DNA of 64,000 nt from a virus: the IMG/VR virus record IMGVR_UViG_3300020419_001178, positions 64,001 through 128,000 of that record; one strand, 5' to 3'. Below are positions 12,001-18,094 of the stretch, in pieces; positions within the stretch are counted from its first letter, which is position 1; each line of letters opens with the position of its first letter. The position numbers were made by a program, and so were the translations under genes. The notes under the pieces are model-generated. The model worked only from the letters and a program-made list of their open reading frames with translations, was not told the origin of the DNA and made no database searches.

Positions 12001-13705
12001 CAAGTGTGCTTAATGCTGTACCTGTATCGTTATAAAGATCAAATAACGGAGTTTGATTAATTTCTGTTTTATTTTGTCCTAGTTTCCAAGTCGTCCCATT
12101 ATAATAATAAATTTTACCTTTGTTTTTGTCTCCTGACTTGACTAAAACTGTTTCATTTGTTATTGGAGCTGTGTCTGTAGTTTCAACCAAAGTAATCTGA
12201 TTATTTGAATTCTGACTAATAAACTTTACTTCATAAATTTTGCCGCTTACAAAACTATCTGGATCAGCTGTAAACAATACACGCATACCTTGAACAAGTT
12301 CTGTTCCATCAACAAAATAACCAGGACTTCCTTCTATATTTGAGAATACATCTATACTTACTGTATCAATTAAGTCAACTGATTTTTTAGCAAACGTTCC
12401 AAAATCATATAATTTTAATCCTGCGTCAAATTCAATAATAGGTCTAGTTGCTCTAAAGTTTTGATCCAGTGTAGTAGCTACTTCATTTATTTTAGCTGTA
12501 ATATCAATTACATCTTTGTGAGTCCACTTGTTGTACCGTGACCATTGATTCCTATCTTTTGATGCTCTATTGATTACGATATAATCTTTTTTGTCCGCAT
12601 ATGATACAGCATCATCAAAAGGAAAATCATCAAAGCCGCCTTCATCAAATTGTATATCTTGATCTTGTAGATATCCTGCTGTAATTAATATATCTGATTC
12701 TGATATAAGTTGAATGGAATCTCCAACTCCTTCTACGTACCAATAACCTTCTGCGTATTTTGACGGTGTAAGGTTACCATAAAATTTTAATTTCATTCCA
12801 TTTGACAAAGGATTACCGTTTGTCATTGTATATGTTTTTTTACCTACAATATCGTTATCTACATCTAAGAAAGTATTATCAATTATGTCTTTTATAATTA
12901 TTAGTCCGGATGCTTCTATATTATTAGAATCAACATAGTATAATATAGGAGGTGATTCTAAGTCTATCTTTAATTCTAAGACTCCGTCTTCTACTTTTTG
13001 TCCAGTAATGCCTTTTGTATATAAATTTGAATCAGAAGTAATATCCACTGACGTCCTAATTGAAAATGGCATATCGATAGTATCAACTTCAAATCTATAT
13101 GTTTGTCCTTTGTAAAGTGTTAGTGTAGGATTTCCTGTAGGATTATCTTGATTGAATACATAAGCATCGTTATCAAGGTTAACTTGTTTTGTAACTTTAT
13201 ATGTGCTTTGAACGTCTCTAAAAGACCCGTACACGGGAATAGCATCAGGACCACTTGGCAACCAATAGTATTCTCTAAAGTTTGTAAACTTGTCCCAATT
13301 TATATGCGGATTCCAAGCATAGTATTCTTGTGAAAACATTGAATCGTGATTGGAAGTATCCACACCACGTATTTTTATGCTATTATATAAATCTCTATAA
13401 TCTCTGTAAAATATATTATTTCCAGCTGAATCATTTATAACAGATACAGGTTCTAATTGATACTGATCTCTATCTAAACTTATTTCTGAAACATAGTTAT
13501 CACTGGCTTTAAATGCTTTGGCATCTTTCCTTCCAATGAATCCGTCAACTTTTTCTACAGAACCTGGTTGTACTAACTGATCAAGTGTGCTTGATAAAAA
13601 CTTTTTATTAGCAACTGTTCGATAATAACGAGGTAATAAATCGGAAGAATTTCTTTTATTCTTATCCGCATCATTTACTGGAATAGCATTTTCATCTTGA
13701 GCCAT
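1..13705 (-). CDS. Giant virion/baseplate protein (>4,568 aa, 3' end beyond the window); gp7-like wedge position; FG-GAP-type beta-propeller repeats
   Basis: ATG at 13705 overlaps the TAA of the gp6-like gene (TAATG) and reads MAQDENAIPVNDADKNKRNSSDLLPRYYRTVANKKFLSSTLDQLVQPG. The same frame is still open at position 2 (...TGVSEYFLEIWQTPIGSFDNSNV). The ORF track lists no minus-strand ORF in 1-13705, as expected for one ORF with no stop inside the window. FG-GAP-like repeats lie at ~4250-7140 (DFGSSISVND, GFGTSAALSPDGKWLAVGSP, EFGRDFDVSTDG, WGQSIAISNDGKKIAVGAP, RFGSKLDFDG), plus GSGY..P repeats and F.GDG....F repeats. Confidence 0.88.
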   Translation of the reverse strand, partial: MAQDENAIPVNDADKNKRNSSDLLPRYYRTVANKKFLSSTLDQLVQPGSVEKVDGFIGRKDAKAFKASDNYVSEISLDRDQYQLEPVSVINDSAGNNIFYRDYRDLYNSIKIRGVDTSNHDSMFSQEYYAWNPHINWDKFTNFREYYWLPSGPDAIPVYGSFRDVQSTYKVTKQVNLDNDAYVFNQDNPTGNPTLTLYKGQTYRFEVDTIDMPFSIRTSVDITSDSNLYTKGITGQKVEDGVLELKIDLESPPILYYVDSNNIEASGLIIIKDIIDNTFLDVDNDIVGKKTYTMTNGNPLSNGMKLKFYGNLTPSKYAEGYWYVEGVGDSIQLISESDILITAGYLQDQDIQFDEGGFDDFPFDDAVSYADKKDYIVINRASKDRNQWSRYNKWTHKDVIDITAKINEVATTLDQNFRATRPIIEFDAGLKLYDFGTFAKKSVDLIDTVSIDVFSNIEGSPGYFVDGTELVQGMRVLFTADPDSFVSGKIYEVKFISQNSNNQITLVETTDTAPITNETVLVKSGDKNKGKIYYYNGTTWKLGQNKTEINQTPLFDLYNDTGTALSTLEGSTFRGNKLFSYKQGTGTNDTELGFPLSYRTIENSGDITFDFNLLSDTYNYDQVADVITASTDTGILRKYSAIDAYTNVTGWIKAKALSTQPVVKQYTTGPRNNNFIVDVFDNSGNLNDLKIKVFVDNALQKENITYTIDRINNYAYVRFYTNLADNKKVVIEANSSAPKNQRGHYKFPINLEKNPMNENVVTFTLGEVIDHVDSIVSNVNDFAGVYPGVGNLRDLGPQSQYGLKFVQHSGPINLPMFNLTAKEYDMSRAVNYAGLEYIKFKREFLKVANELGFNGETKIHVDKILDKIFETNTKQDPFYFSDMVPFGGDTLAEFKIEDSSQTIFPITRPVSFSTLNEKAILVYLDDKQLIKDIDYTISTESFVELKIAVVADQVLKIYEYETTDGCWISPTPTKLGLYPKYVPEITLDTTYVSTIPDSTGPWKIYGRDETTTKSYKNKVGWFFPLFTDEVSAQAYDKANGGTGLAHTHIFAGDNKIWFMPSNSMNHATNDPNEFEEWPSAQPVIQGHDGSIWRCYGDYRDELLLDLEKRIFNNIKIEYDESIINIQDFLNTKSQPTAFDRFKTADVMIADFNRWLETVGNPDYTTNSYYKVGNNFSINFYKHGDPNNITVPGSWRAIYKDYLNTDRPHTHPWECLGLKIKPAWFDSTYGPAPYTSNNLSLWQDLEKGIVREPNKKIEYRRKFKIQDLTKYIPVDSQGNLLDPVSSGYLRGGIASNYDDNFKFGDEGPVETAWRRSAHYPFAFIRAWMLRQPAQLFGVAFDRSRIARNLAGQLVYTETSKRISLADIKFPNIPSDTTRVFTSGLVNYMQGYLIGNEDITFKTYKSRLANLENKLGHKIGGFTQKDKFRLILDSRNPNNEGNIFVPEENYNLVLTKSIPLEVYSYSGIVIEKIPSGFIVKGYDKDRPYFNTFPVIRKQNDNLVNVGGISEEFVTFDTGQTYSIGQIVENAGVFFRTKTGHTSGGAIDLDFFTRLEKLPAEGGADAFFSKTFNTTLEKINYGAVYSDIQGVVDLILGYEKYLMSVGFKFNTFNKDLEEIENWALSAKEFMFWSTQNWEDGAVLTISPSARQVYFEKPYTVVDDIYDNFYDYSLLQADGKRLLADFATTERDNTNEFGIYVKNTDQGIYHLKVPVVQTEHALVLDNSTVFNDVIYNRPQGYRQERLKVKGYRSDEWNGSLNVPGFVFDDAFVNVWTSYQDYKIGDIIQHKEFYYVAKSNVSGTQTFNAKDFVLLDEKPEQTLLPNLDYKARQFADFYDLDSDNFDSEQQRLAQHMIGYQKRKYLENIIPDDVSQYKFYQGMVQDKGTRNVLNKLFDKLGSANKDSIEYYEEWAIRTGRYGATEGNDQFELLFDEEKYRLEPQPVELVDEVNPKDTSLVYRLNRNGVYAKSKNYDHKPFPTKYYSDETMFVKSAGYVNPLDVNLQILNYTDLSTQTLGNLKGGDYVWTAIDKSQKTWGVYKYIPTDYKIKSTTDTTDNSFTITLNVATDFEAGDIIAVNDIDTDTDGYYKVKSTSLNVITLEHPSTKNITATASANGFVTRFKNVRLSKLSEANNNIKGEGSRSFSIGSENLNTDRIWIDDDDNGNWLVLNYKQVYELKPNIVNTTAGLLDSTQKDFGSSISVNDQNNLMSITAPKDLNGSVYIYNRPSEATDYNLLQQIDEDAFYFDQNGGFGTSAALSPDGKWLAVGSPEASNTKSLLKGDYNNQTAYIKGDVVLYKEQLWQADRVIESQAIQSCISHASNAQAAENDYDVNTQGYPTVVYMMRGNHSMPDASTDHILVRAETQQWEASKPGDILTLKWNRYKTGALAGIGPFNNDNVINETFINGNHVIVNKVKMVIEVISALDVPDVGDEITTETARATVAYRFIDSDNKMILYLNNVNGELQTSGTVTRNNVTVGSFTTVNHIGDDYHTGWWQIAVGSNFSTTNLIETNPNLVIQDLTLAEEGAPSTPSPFTNILDISTQQLTTEPARNSFYGILSYYNGATSSNVIDTRWFVRTELQHGSTYQVGDKFRMWANTLYNSGTRQDPEPVLNLSFSYLNNTEHTVSDIWNGFCIVRLTNFDLNGDPFLPQIGDTVTCSTTGSTAEVAYIQREFATIRIYLKNRNGTFSKGVDFNESSNMTFVENDSTVRTIGPISSSHLENTTAGVMLVVDKSENIQVGTAIFLQDREYWIYNTKVVNGVEDSANPPGPLNLDWNRVYNIPLSTSGYSSTFDNEGTFAIYERKELTFSLKGYYTVPNSAPNRRLGSKIRFTKTGTDTYKLFVSAAGDKTELNEGRIYIFDKSATDDFVLSNDNDYRGTFSTASTYFTNDLVRVGETIYKAKTNTVPGAFNLNLWETINSGVDLLGYVPNDTNFSITESTLEQKFLEEFGRDFDVSTDGNVLISTARYLNADDSSVPNRKIVVYRKSGDHYQYSQIIETQDITENWGQSIAISNDGKKIAVGAPENSTRDIRGGAVYIYIQGTDGNFALNQTLRPIDRTSNTRFGSKLDFDGNTLAIASRGGDLERVTTLDKDTTIFDNGNTPFKVIDNDSGLVSIYETVNDTLLYGQDFAYDKDTQDFGSIMVVKDNHVYLGLPKQQILSNNTIDKGLVAEYRKPVNATSWSVGRQPIIPIDVSKLKGINLFDKTTNSLVTYLDYIDPLQGKIAGTAEQEITFKVSYDPAKYSVSTATGTSLDTLDYTAEKWVGKIWWDIGSARFINHHQGDILESTANFNTLFSGTTVDVYEWVESTLLPSEWDAQTGTEAGLTDGISGTTKYGDTAYSSRRLYDSASQTFSNKYYYWVKDKATLPTDTTRKASAFDVARLISSPAQQGVRFVAPLGNNRFSLYNCASLIKDKDVGITFNWWTIDNQEQNVHNEYQIISDGLETSIPNNTIKQKWIDSLVGFDVNDRPVPDVDLPIRQRYGNLNDPRQSWFVNRTEARKQFIERVNKILKSQLIVDNKDLSGLTQIDPRPSNVSGTYDTTSDTFAELGFISVANVKQANLTLEIENGTIINVLINDAGKGYINPPTYKVTDTTGTGAELRFVLGADGSIASVNIINGGTNYVAPTIEVRKFSVLVKTDETVGGKWAVFAWDGTEWLRTLTQAYDVNAYWQYIDWYETNYNIFTPINYTISSSYQLYGLEDKIGDVVKINNVGTGGWLLLEKEDDQDTEDYTVNYKTIGRQNGTIEFKNSLYDVSNENIAYDGSGFDKIFYDTEPVAEMRLIIGILENKIFVADLLKNWNECFFASLRYVFAEQPAVDWAFKTSFIKAKHNVGELEQRITFKNDSLPSYESYINEVKPYRTKVREYLSSYEKTDPTSTVVTDFDLPTVYNEADGKITPQSVQVVNDEIVSGFSEITKYPSKHWAENVGFELQSLNIADTGSGYLDAPIIKITGGGGSGAKAVAFLGGDGKINAVKVTNTGSGYLSQPTITLEGSLQDGGTVARLSPVLGGGKARSTHLRCKFDRVTGTYLFTQLSTTETFTTGSNQQIFDLKWPMQLKNTQIIVTVDGLEALRSEYTFENKSDSTKGYLRKYGRIFFTEPQTASKSVVIKYNKSAELLQAQDRINFYYNPVTGMYGNDLGQILDGVDYGGVEVSSYSFGTGTGWDSDGWFTTTYDTFDTTFDDEIFQMDGSTEVFTLSKPLENGAVYNVYLNGKRIDDPNFGTASQNNVNAVLQSITGDGTQTTITITNDIQKFVANDVVVFRKTTSDGSFLPDPRSYDTILSGGDLQFSTAKGINPEEIIIDGDGFVTPTTSKGPEEQVPGQVLDTVDIKVFHRPDKGGSLLSSNCYNADGIQTEFGFGIQPQSENGLYIRLNKVIQSPTSYTVDYKNKKVRFTTAPSNGTAVNLISVSGNGESVVEFDEFIGDGCTTQFRTKAHWTTKLDYIATVNGKEVDSVLVASEDSSVQDTKAVIVFGQAPRDGSVINFAVYDKVQSYSKIETQEFTGDGSTVNFTLEKTPYSSIPHTHNVVVQVGNKILNAGYNQQYTVQTGVSEYFLEIWQTPIGSFDNSNV

Positions 13706-16700
13706 TAGTATCCATAGCCTCCACCGCCGCCGGAGCTCCCGCCTCCGCCGCTTGAACCAGAACCGCTTGAGCTACTTGAGCTACTTGAGCTACTTGAGCT
13801 ACTACTTGTGGTTCCTGAACTTGCTGTTGTTGTCGTTGCTGTGCTTGTGGTGGTGCTAGTCAAAGCTGTACTTTGTATACCAGCATTAGTTGTACTGGTG
13901 CTTGTAGTTACTTTGCCTGACGCTTGAATTCTAGAAGCTGTGATAGAATCTATTATTTCAACGTCTTGAACAGTAGCATCACTTACAAATATTTCATCGT
14001 TTTCGCTTTTTATCTCAATCAGACTACCAAAAGCAAGTGTTCCTAATTTAGGTACAATTATTAAGTTGACCACGTCTGGTGCTAATTGGTTCATCACGTA
14101 AGTAGCTAACTCAGTAAAATGAAAAGTTTCTCCGAAGTCCCAATTTTGTAAAGAAAAATATCTATTAATTGCTGATATAATTCTAACTTTTACATCGTTA
14201 TCATTAATCACTGCTTCTGGATTTTTTACAACTTTGAAAATCGATTGTAGATTATCAACTGCTTTTGACCCAAATAGTATTTTATATTTTACTGGATGAT
14301 AAATGATTTCATCACTTATTGCTTTTACTTTATTAATATTAGTGCCATACTGTTGAAATAGCTCATCACTACTTGGCGGTAAAGGCATTGAACTTGTGTT
14401 ACCTGCTAGATATGATCTGAATTGTGTATCATAAGATCTTGTCAAAAGGTATATGTCTATGATATTTGAAGCACTAGGATCAATTCTATTACTATCGTTA
14501 GCACTATGTATGTAATGAAACTTAAGATCACTTCTACCTACGTATGCTTGGTAATCGCTTGATAGTGTTAACACATTATTATTAAGAACTTTAAAGTTTT
14601 TTTGATCAACTATGTAAAATACCTTACCGTCTGTATATTGAGAATAAGCACCTATTGCTGTTTCTGTAGCAACAATAGAAATGCTACTTCCTAAGGCATA
14701 ATAATTAAATTTACTAAACCCTTGATCGCTACTTGCTTTCTTTAAAAACACGTACTTGGTTGTTGGATTAACCAACGGATCTACAATCACATCAAAAATA
14801 TCAGGATCGTCTATAGACCCATCGTCATTAAGATCAAAAAATCCTACTTGTACTTTTTTATTATTTACATATCCGTCTTGGTTCCTGTAGTCTCCTACAA
14901 TTTCCCAATTGATGTCGTTGTTAAATTGTGTTAACGCATCAGGTTTAGTGTTAAAATTCATTACGGAAATTTTATCTTTTACTAATTGCCCTGTAGCAGA
15001 ATCATATATTTTATTTTGTCCATCATAATAGAAACTTAATTCTGTATCACTTTCGAAAATATATTTTAAGCCTCTATTTGTAACGGTATATTTTTCGCCA
15101 TCTGTTTCAAATAATACAAACCAACTACTGTCTAGTTGGTTACCGGTAACATCTCCAGTTTTACCATTACTAAATCCGTCACTTACATTTAAATTTTCCG
15201 CTATAATTACACGCCAAATTCTGTTTACTTGGTCATATCTCAAACCAAAAGTTTTGTAAGCAAAAACTTGATCTATAATTTGTGATCTTACATCAGCTGT
15301 GATATCTTTTACTAATTTAGGCTTTACTTCTTGTATTATACTATTAGCTGGTAATACAGCATTAACAGTAATTGGACCATCGCCGGTTGTAGTATCTTCT
15401 GCTGTACCTGATCCTGTTACACTTATTACTTTGACCCATTTGTAAGCCGTAGCACCTTTTTTTGTACTATCACTTGTTAGGTCTCCGTTACCTATAAAAT
15501 AAAACCCAGTAGGTGGAACAAATTTTAACAATGCGCCAGGTTCAACATATCTTAAAAATCCAGTAGTAAAAGATCCTACTTGGAAAGGTACGAGATTAAT
15601 ATTTTCTAATAATCCTGTTGAACTGTTAGACGCTTTAGTAGACTGTTTCCATGTAGCATTAAGATCACTTACAATAATTTTAGCAAAATTTCCTAGGTAA
15701 AAATTAGTTGTACTTCTTTTTTGTAAAATAGGAACAATTAAATTTTCAATATTTCCTTCTATATCTGTCTGATTATTAAAAGTGAATGATTGCTTTTCCT
15801 CAAATTGTTCTTTGTAAATTATTCCGTCGCTACCGTAAAGATTTGTGCTGGAATATTTTCCTGTCACATCCTTTAAATCAAAATATCTACTAATTCCGCT
15901 TGAAACTCTATTGGTTGATTTTACTTTAACTATTTCTTGATTAGTTGAAGAAGGATAAACGTTATAATCTTCTCCGGTAATCATTCTATTCTGCGTATAA
16001 TATGTTTGTGGAGCGTTTACTCTTATACTTGCGTCAGTCTCAGTAGGACTAGCATTTGTTACAGGTGTTTTTAATTCTAAACCTATAGTAAGAGTTTCTG
16101 TTGTACCTGATTTGCTCGTGTAATCTAAAGCTATTTGGACATCGGTAATCTCTTCTGGTCTTATTCTTAAACTTCTATTCACACTTGTTCTATAAAATAC
16201 TTGGAACTGTCCACTTGGTGCGTTTCCAAAAGTTCCATCAGCAAATACTAGACTAACTTGATCTTCTGCTCTAGTTTGTACTACATAAAAATCTCTGACT
16301 GCTTTGTTTATACTATTGTAGATAGCATTGTTTCCTTCTGTAGAATCAACTTTTGTCCAAATTTTATCAAGTGCTCCTGATGATGAAAGTTTTGTAAGCC
16401 AAACATCTGTGTCATTAATATTATCTGCTTCAATAGTGATTCTTTGGTTTGCTACAACATTAGCAATATCAAATACGCTGTTGTTTAAAGTACCTTGTCT
16501 AAAATGACAAAAGTATCCTGTATTAGAACTATTATTACCCCTACCATCTTCTCTATACATAAACTGTAAAGCATTTCCTGCTATAGGAGTTTCTTCAACT
16601 AAAGTTAAACTTGACTCGTCTATATCAGTAGAAACTATTTCAAATTGTGCCGGAATACCATTTACTGTTTTTGTAAATCCATACACAGGAACATTAGTAG

Positions 16701-17277
16701 TATTTTGATTTAATCTATATGCTTGGGTTAATACACCGTTTATTGTTTTTGTTTTTCTAGGTTTGCCTACTGTATTGTTGTTAGGTAAAGCAGAATTAAG
16801 CACTCTTCTAAACTGTTCAGCCCAGTTAGAGTTACTAGGATCGTTCCAAATAATAGTTTGATTTTGTAAGTTTGCTCCGTTGCTATCTACTACTGATTCA
16901 GTTGTGGAAATTGTATCAAATTTTAGTAAACCATTAGCGGCTCTGTTTCTTCTTGGATTATAAGAAAGTAATCTGGCTAGTCTTAATACAGATTCTCTTC
17001 TCTCAGCTAGTTCTAAAAAGTTTTCTCTTGCGTTAAGATCAACTCTGTAAGAAATATTTTGTCCTAAAAATGCTATAATATCAATTAAAGCTAAAAATTC
17101 TGAAGTTTCTATGTAATCATTAAAGTCCTCAGGATAATTATTTCTGAGGTATGTAATCATGACTCTTCTTAGAGAGTCAAAATCATAACTTTTAAATTCT
17201 GCGTTGCGAAAACTTTGGTAGACTTTGGTCCAATCTTCAGCAAGTAACAGTCTATTTTGTCTATCTGTAGACGACAT
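13705..17277 (-). CDS. gp6: Baseplate wedge subunit, T4 gp6-like (1190 aa) with Ser/Thr/Gly low-complexity C-terminal tail
   Basis: Motifs YDFDSLR..MITYLR, FNDYIETSEFLALIDIIAF, ENFLELAERRESVLRLARLLSYNP, FADGTFG..P and QNRMITGEDY; located downstream of gp25. Confidence 0.85.
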   Translation of the reverse strand: MSSTDRQNRLLLAEDWTKVYQSFRNAEFKSYDFDSLRRVMITYLRNNYPEDFNDYIETSEFLALIDIIAFLGQNISYRVDLNARENFLELAERRESVLRLARLLSYNPRRNRAANGLLKFDTISTTESVVDSNGANLQNQTIIWNDPSNSNWAEQFRRVLNSALPNNNTVGKPRKTKTINGVLTQAYRLNQNTTNVPVYGFTKTVNGIPAQFEIVSTDIDESSLTLVEETPIAGNALQFMYREDGRGNNSSNTGYFCHFRQGTLNNSVFDIANVVANQRITIEADNINDTDVWLTKLSSSGALDKIWTKVDSTEGNNAIYNSINKAVRDFYVVQTRAEDQVSLVFADGTFGNAPSGQFQVFYRTSVNRSLRIRPEEITDVQIALDYTSKSGTTETLTIGLELKTPVTNASPTETDASIRVNAPQTYYTQNRMITGEDYNVYPSSTNQEIVKVKSTNRVSSGISRYFDLKDVTGKYSSTNLYGSDGIIYKEQFEEKQSFTFNNQTDIEGNIENLIVPILQKRSTTNFYLGNFAKIIVSDLNATWKQSTKASNSSTGLLENINLVPFQVGSFTTGFLRYVEPGALLKFVPPTGFYFIGNGDLTSDSTKKGATAYKWVKVISVTGSGTAEDTTTGDGPITVNAVLPANSIIQEVKPKLVKDITADVRSQIIDQVFAYKTFGLRYDQVNRIWRVIIAENLNVSDGFSNGKTGDVTGNQLDSSWFVLFETDGEKYTVTNRGLKYIFESDTELSFYYDGQNKIYDSATGQLVKDKISVMNFNTKPDALTQFNNDINWEIVGDYRNQDGYVNNKKVQVGFFDLNDDGSIDDPDIFDVIVDPLVNPTTKYVFLKKASSDQGFSKFNYYALGSSISIVATETAIGAYSQYTDGKVFYIVDQKNFKVLNNNVLTLSSDYQAYVGRSDLKFHYIHSANDSNRIDPSASNIIDIYLLTRSYDTQFRSYLAGNTSSMPLPPSSDELFQQYGTNINKVKAISDEIIYHPVKYKILFGSKAVDNLQSIFKVVKNPEAVINDNDVKVRIISAINRYFSLQNWDFGETFHFTELATYVMNQLAPDVVNLIIVPKLGTLAFGSLIEIKSENDEIFVSDATVQDVEIIDSITASRIQASGKVTTSTSTTNAGIQSTALTSTTTSTATTTTASSGTTSSSSSSSSSSSSSSGSGSSGGGGSSGGGGGYGY
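13766..13801. repeat. Four tandem copies of the 9-mer CTTGAGCTA encoding poly-Ser in the gp6 C-terminal tail
   Basis: Read directly from the sequence. Confidence 0.9.
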
Positions 17278-17303
17278 TTGGTTTCCTTTAATCCTTATAA
17301 ATG

Positions 17304-17311
17304 TATTTATT
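17304..17311 (-). promoter_or_regulatory. Late promoter motif AATAAATA upstream of gp6
   Basis: Resembles the T4 late consensus TATAAATA; intergenic. Confidence 0.65.
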
Positions 17312-17339
17312 ATATAGAATTAACCGACCACTTAATTCT

Positions 17340-17774
17340 CTAACTAGTAAGGCCGTTTAGCTTGTCAAATTGTAACCGAAGCTGTTCACTGATACTATAT
17401 GTGAGATATGTAAGAGTACATTCTATCTGTAATCCACTCTCAAATTCTGTCACTTGTACACCACTAGCACTAACTCTTGGATCATAATTAACTATATTTG
17501 TTACATTTTTTGTTATTGCGTCTTTCAATTCAATTGTAAGAGGTTCGTATAAGGCATCCCATATAATACATCCAAATGTTGGATCTGATATTTTTTCGCC
17601 CTGTCTTATATTGAAATGATTCAACAAATCTTGTTTAATTAAACTTAGATCATATTGCTGAAAACTTGTATTTTCTGGATTGACCGTACTAAATCCCCTA
17701 TAGGCTTTTTGCCTAACAGGTAATTTGGGTGCTTTTGCTGTTTTTATCTTTATTTCTTTATATAAGTCTGCCAT
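17340..17774 (-). CDS. gp25: Baseplate wedge/sheath initiator, gp25-like
   Basis: LIKQDLLNHFNIRQGEK...PTFGCIIWDALYEP and YDPRV motifs of the GPW/gp25 family. Confidence 0.9.
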   Translation of the reverse strand: MADLYKEIKIKTAKAPKLPVRQKAYRGFSTVNPENTSFQQYDLSLIKQDLLNHFNIRQGEKISDPTFGCIIWDALYEPLTIELKDAITKNVTNIVNYDPRVSASGVQVTEFESGLQIECTLTYLTYSISEQLRLQFDKLNGLTS

Positions 17775-17779
17775 AATAA

Positions 17780-17787
17780 TATTTATT
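17780..17787 (-). promoter_or_regulatory. Late promoter motif AATAAATA, 5 nt before the gp25 ATG (probable leaderless mRNA)
   Basis: AATAAATA-TTATT-ATG, with no SD between motif and ATG. Confidence 0.6.
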
Positions 17788-18094
17788 CGTTTGCGTATAC
17801 CGTGGTTTGCGTTGTACTTTTAATCTCAGCACTACAATCATAGGTATCCCCTATTCTGCCAACTTCTAAATCTTCAGCAAAAACATTTGGACTATGTGTT
17901 ACTAAAGGTGTGCCGTAAACAGGTGGACAATGTGTGTGTGGTTCATTGAGATCTGTCTTTCTATGTATACCGTGACCAGCAACAAATACTGTCGCACTAC
18001 CCGTGTCTGTAAGTATGTCTCCAGGCGCAACACAGATTGGGTGTACTGTGTTTACTATATCTCCTGATCCTACTTTTCTAGCTATCAATGGCAT
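17783..18094 (-). CDS. PAAR-like spike tip protein (gp5.4-like)
   Basis: 103 aa directly after gp5; GS.TVFV.G, HTHC, SPNVFA, GRIGD..DC motifs with His/Cys metal ligands. Confidence 0.85.
   Translation of the reverse strand: MPLIARKVGSGDIVNTVHPICVAPGDILTDTGSATVFVAGHGIHRKTDLNEPHTHCPPVYGTPLVTHSPNVFAEDLEVGRIGDTYDCSAEIKSTTQTTVYANE

Noticed and set aside
2868-13333. Short plus-strand ORFs in 1-13.7 kb from the ORF track
   Set aside because: They are antisense shadows of the giant minus-strand ORF, with no SDs and non-protein-like composition.
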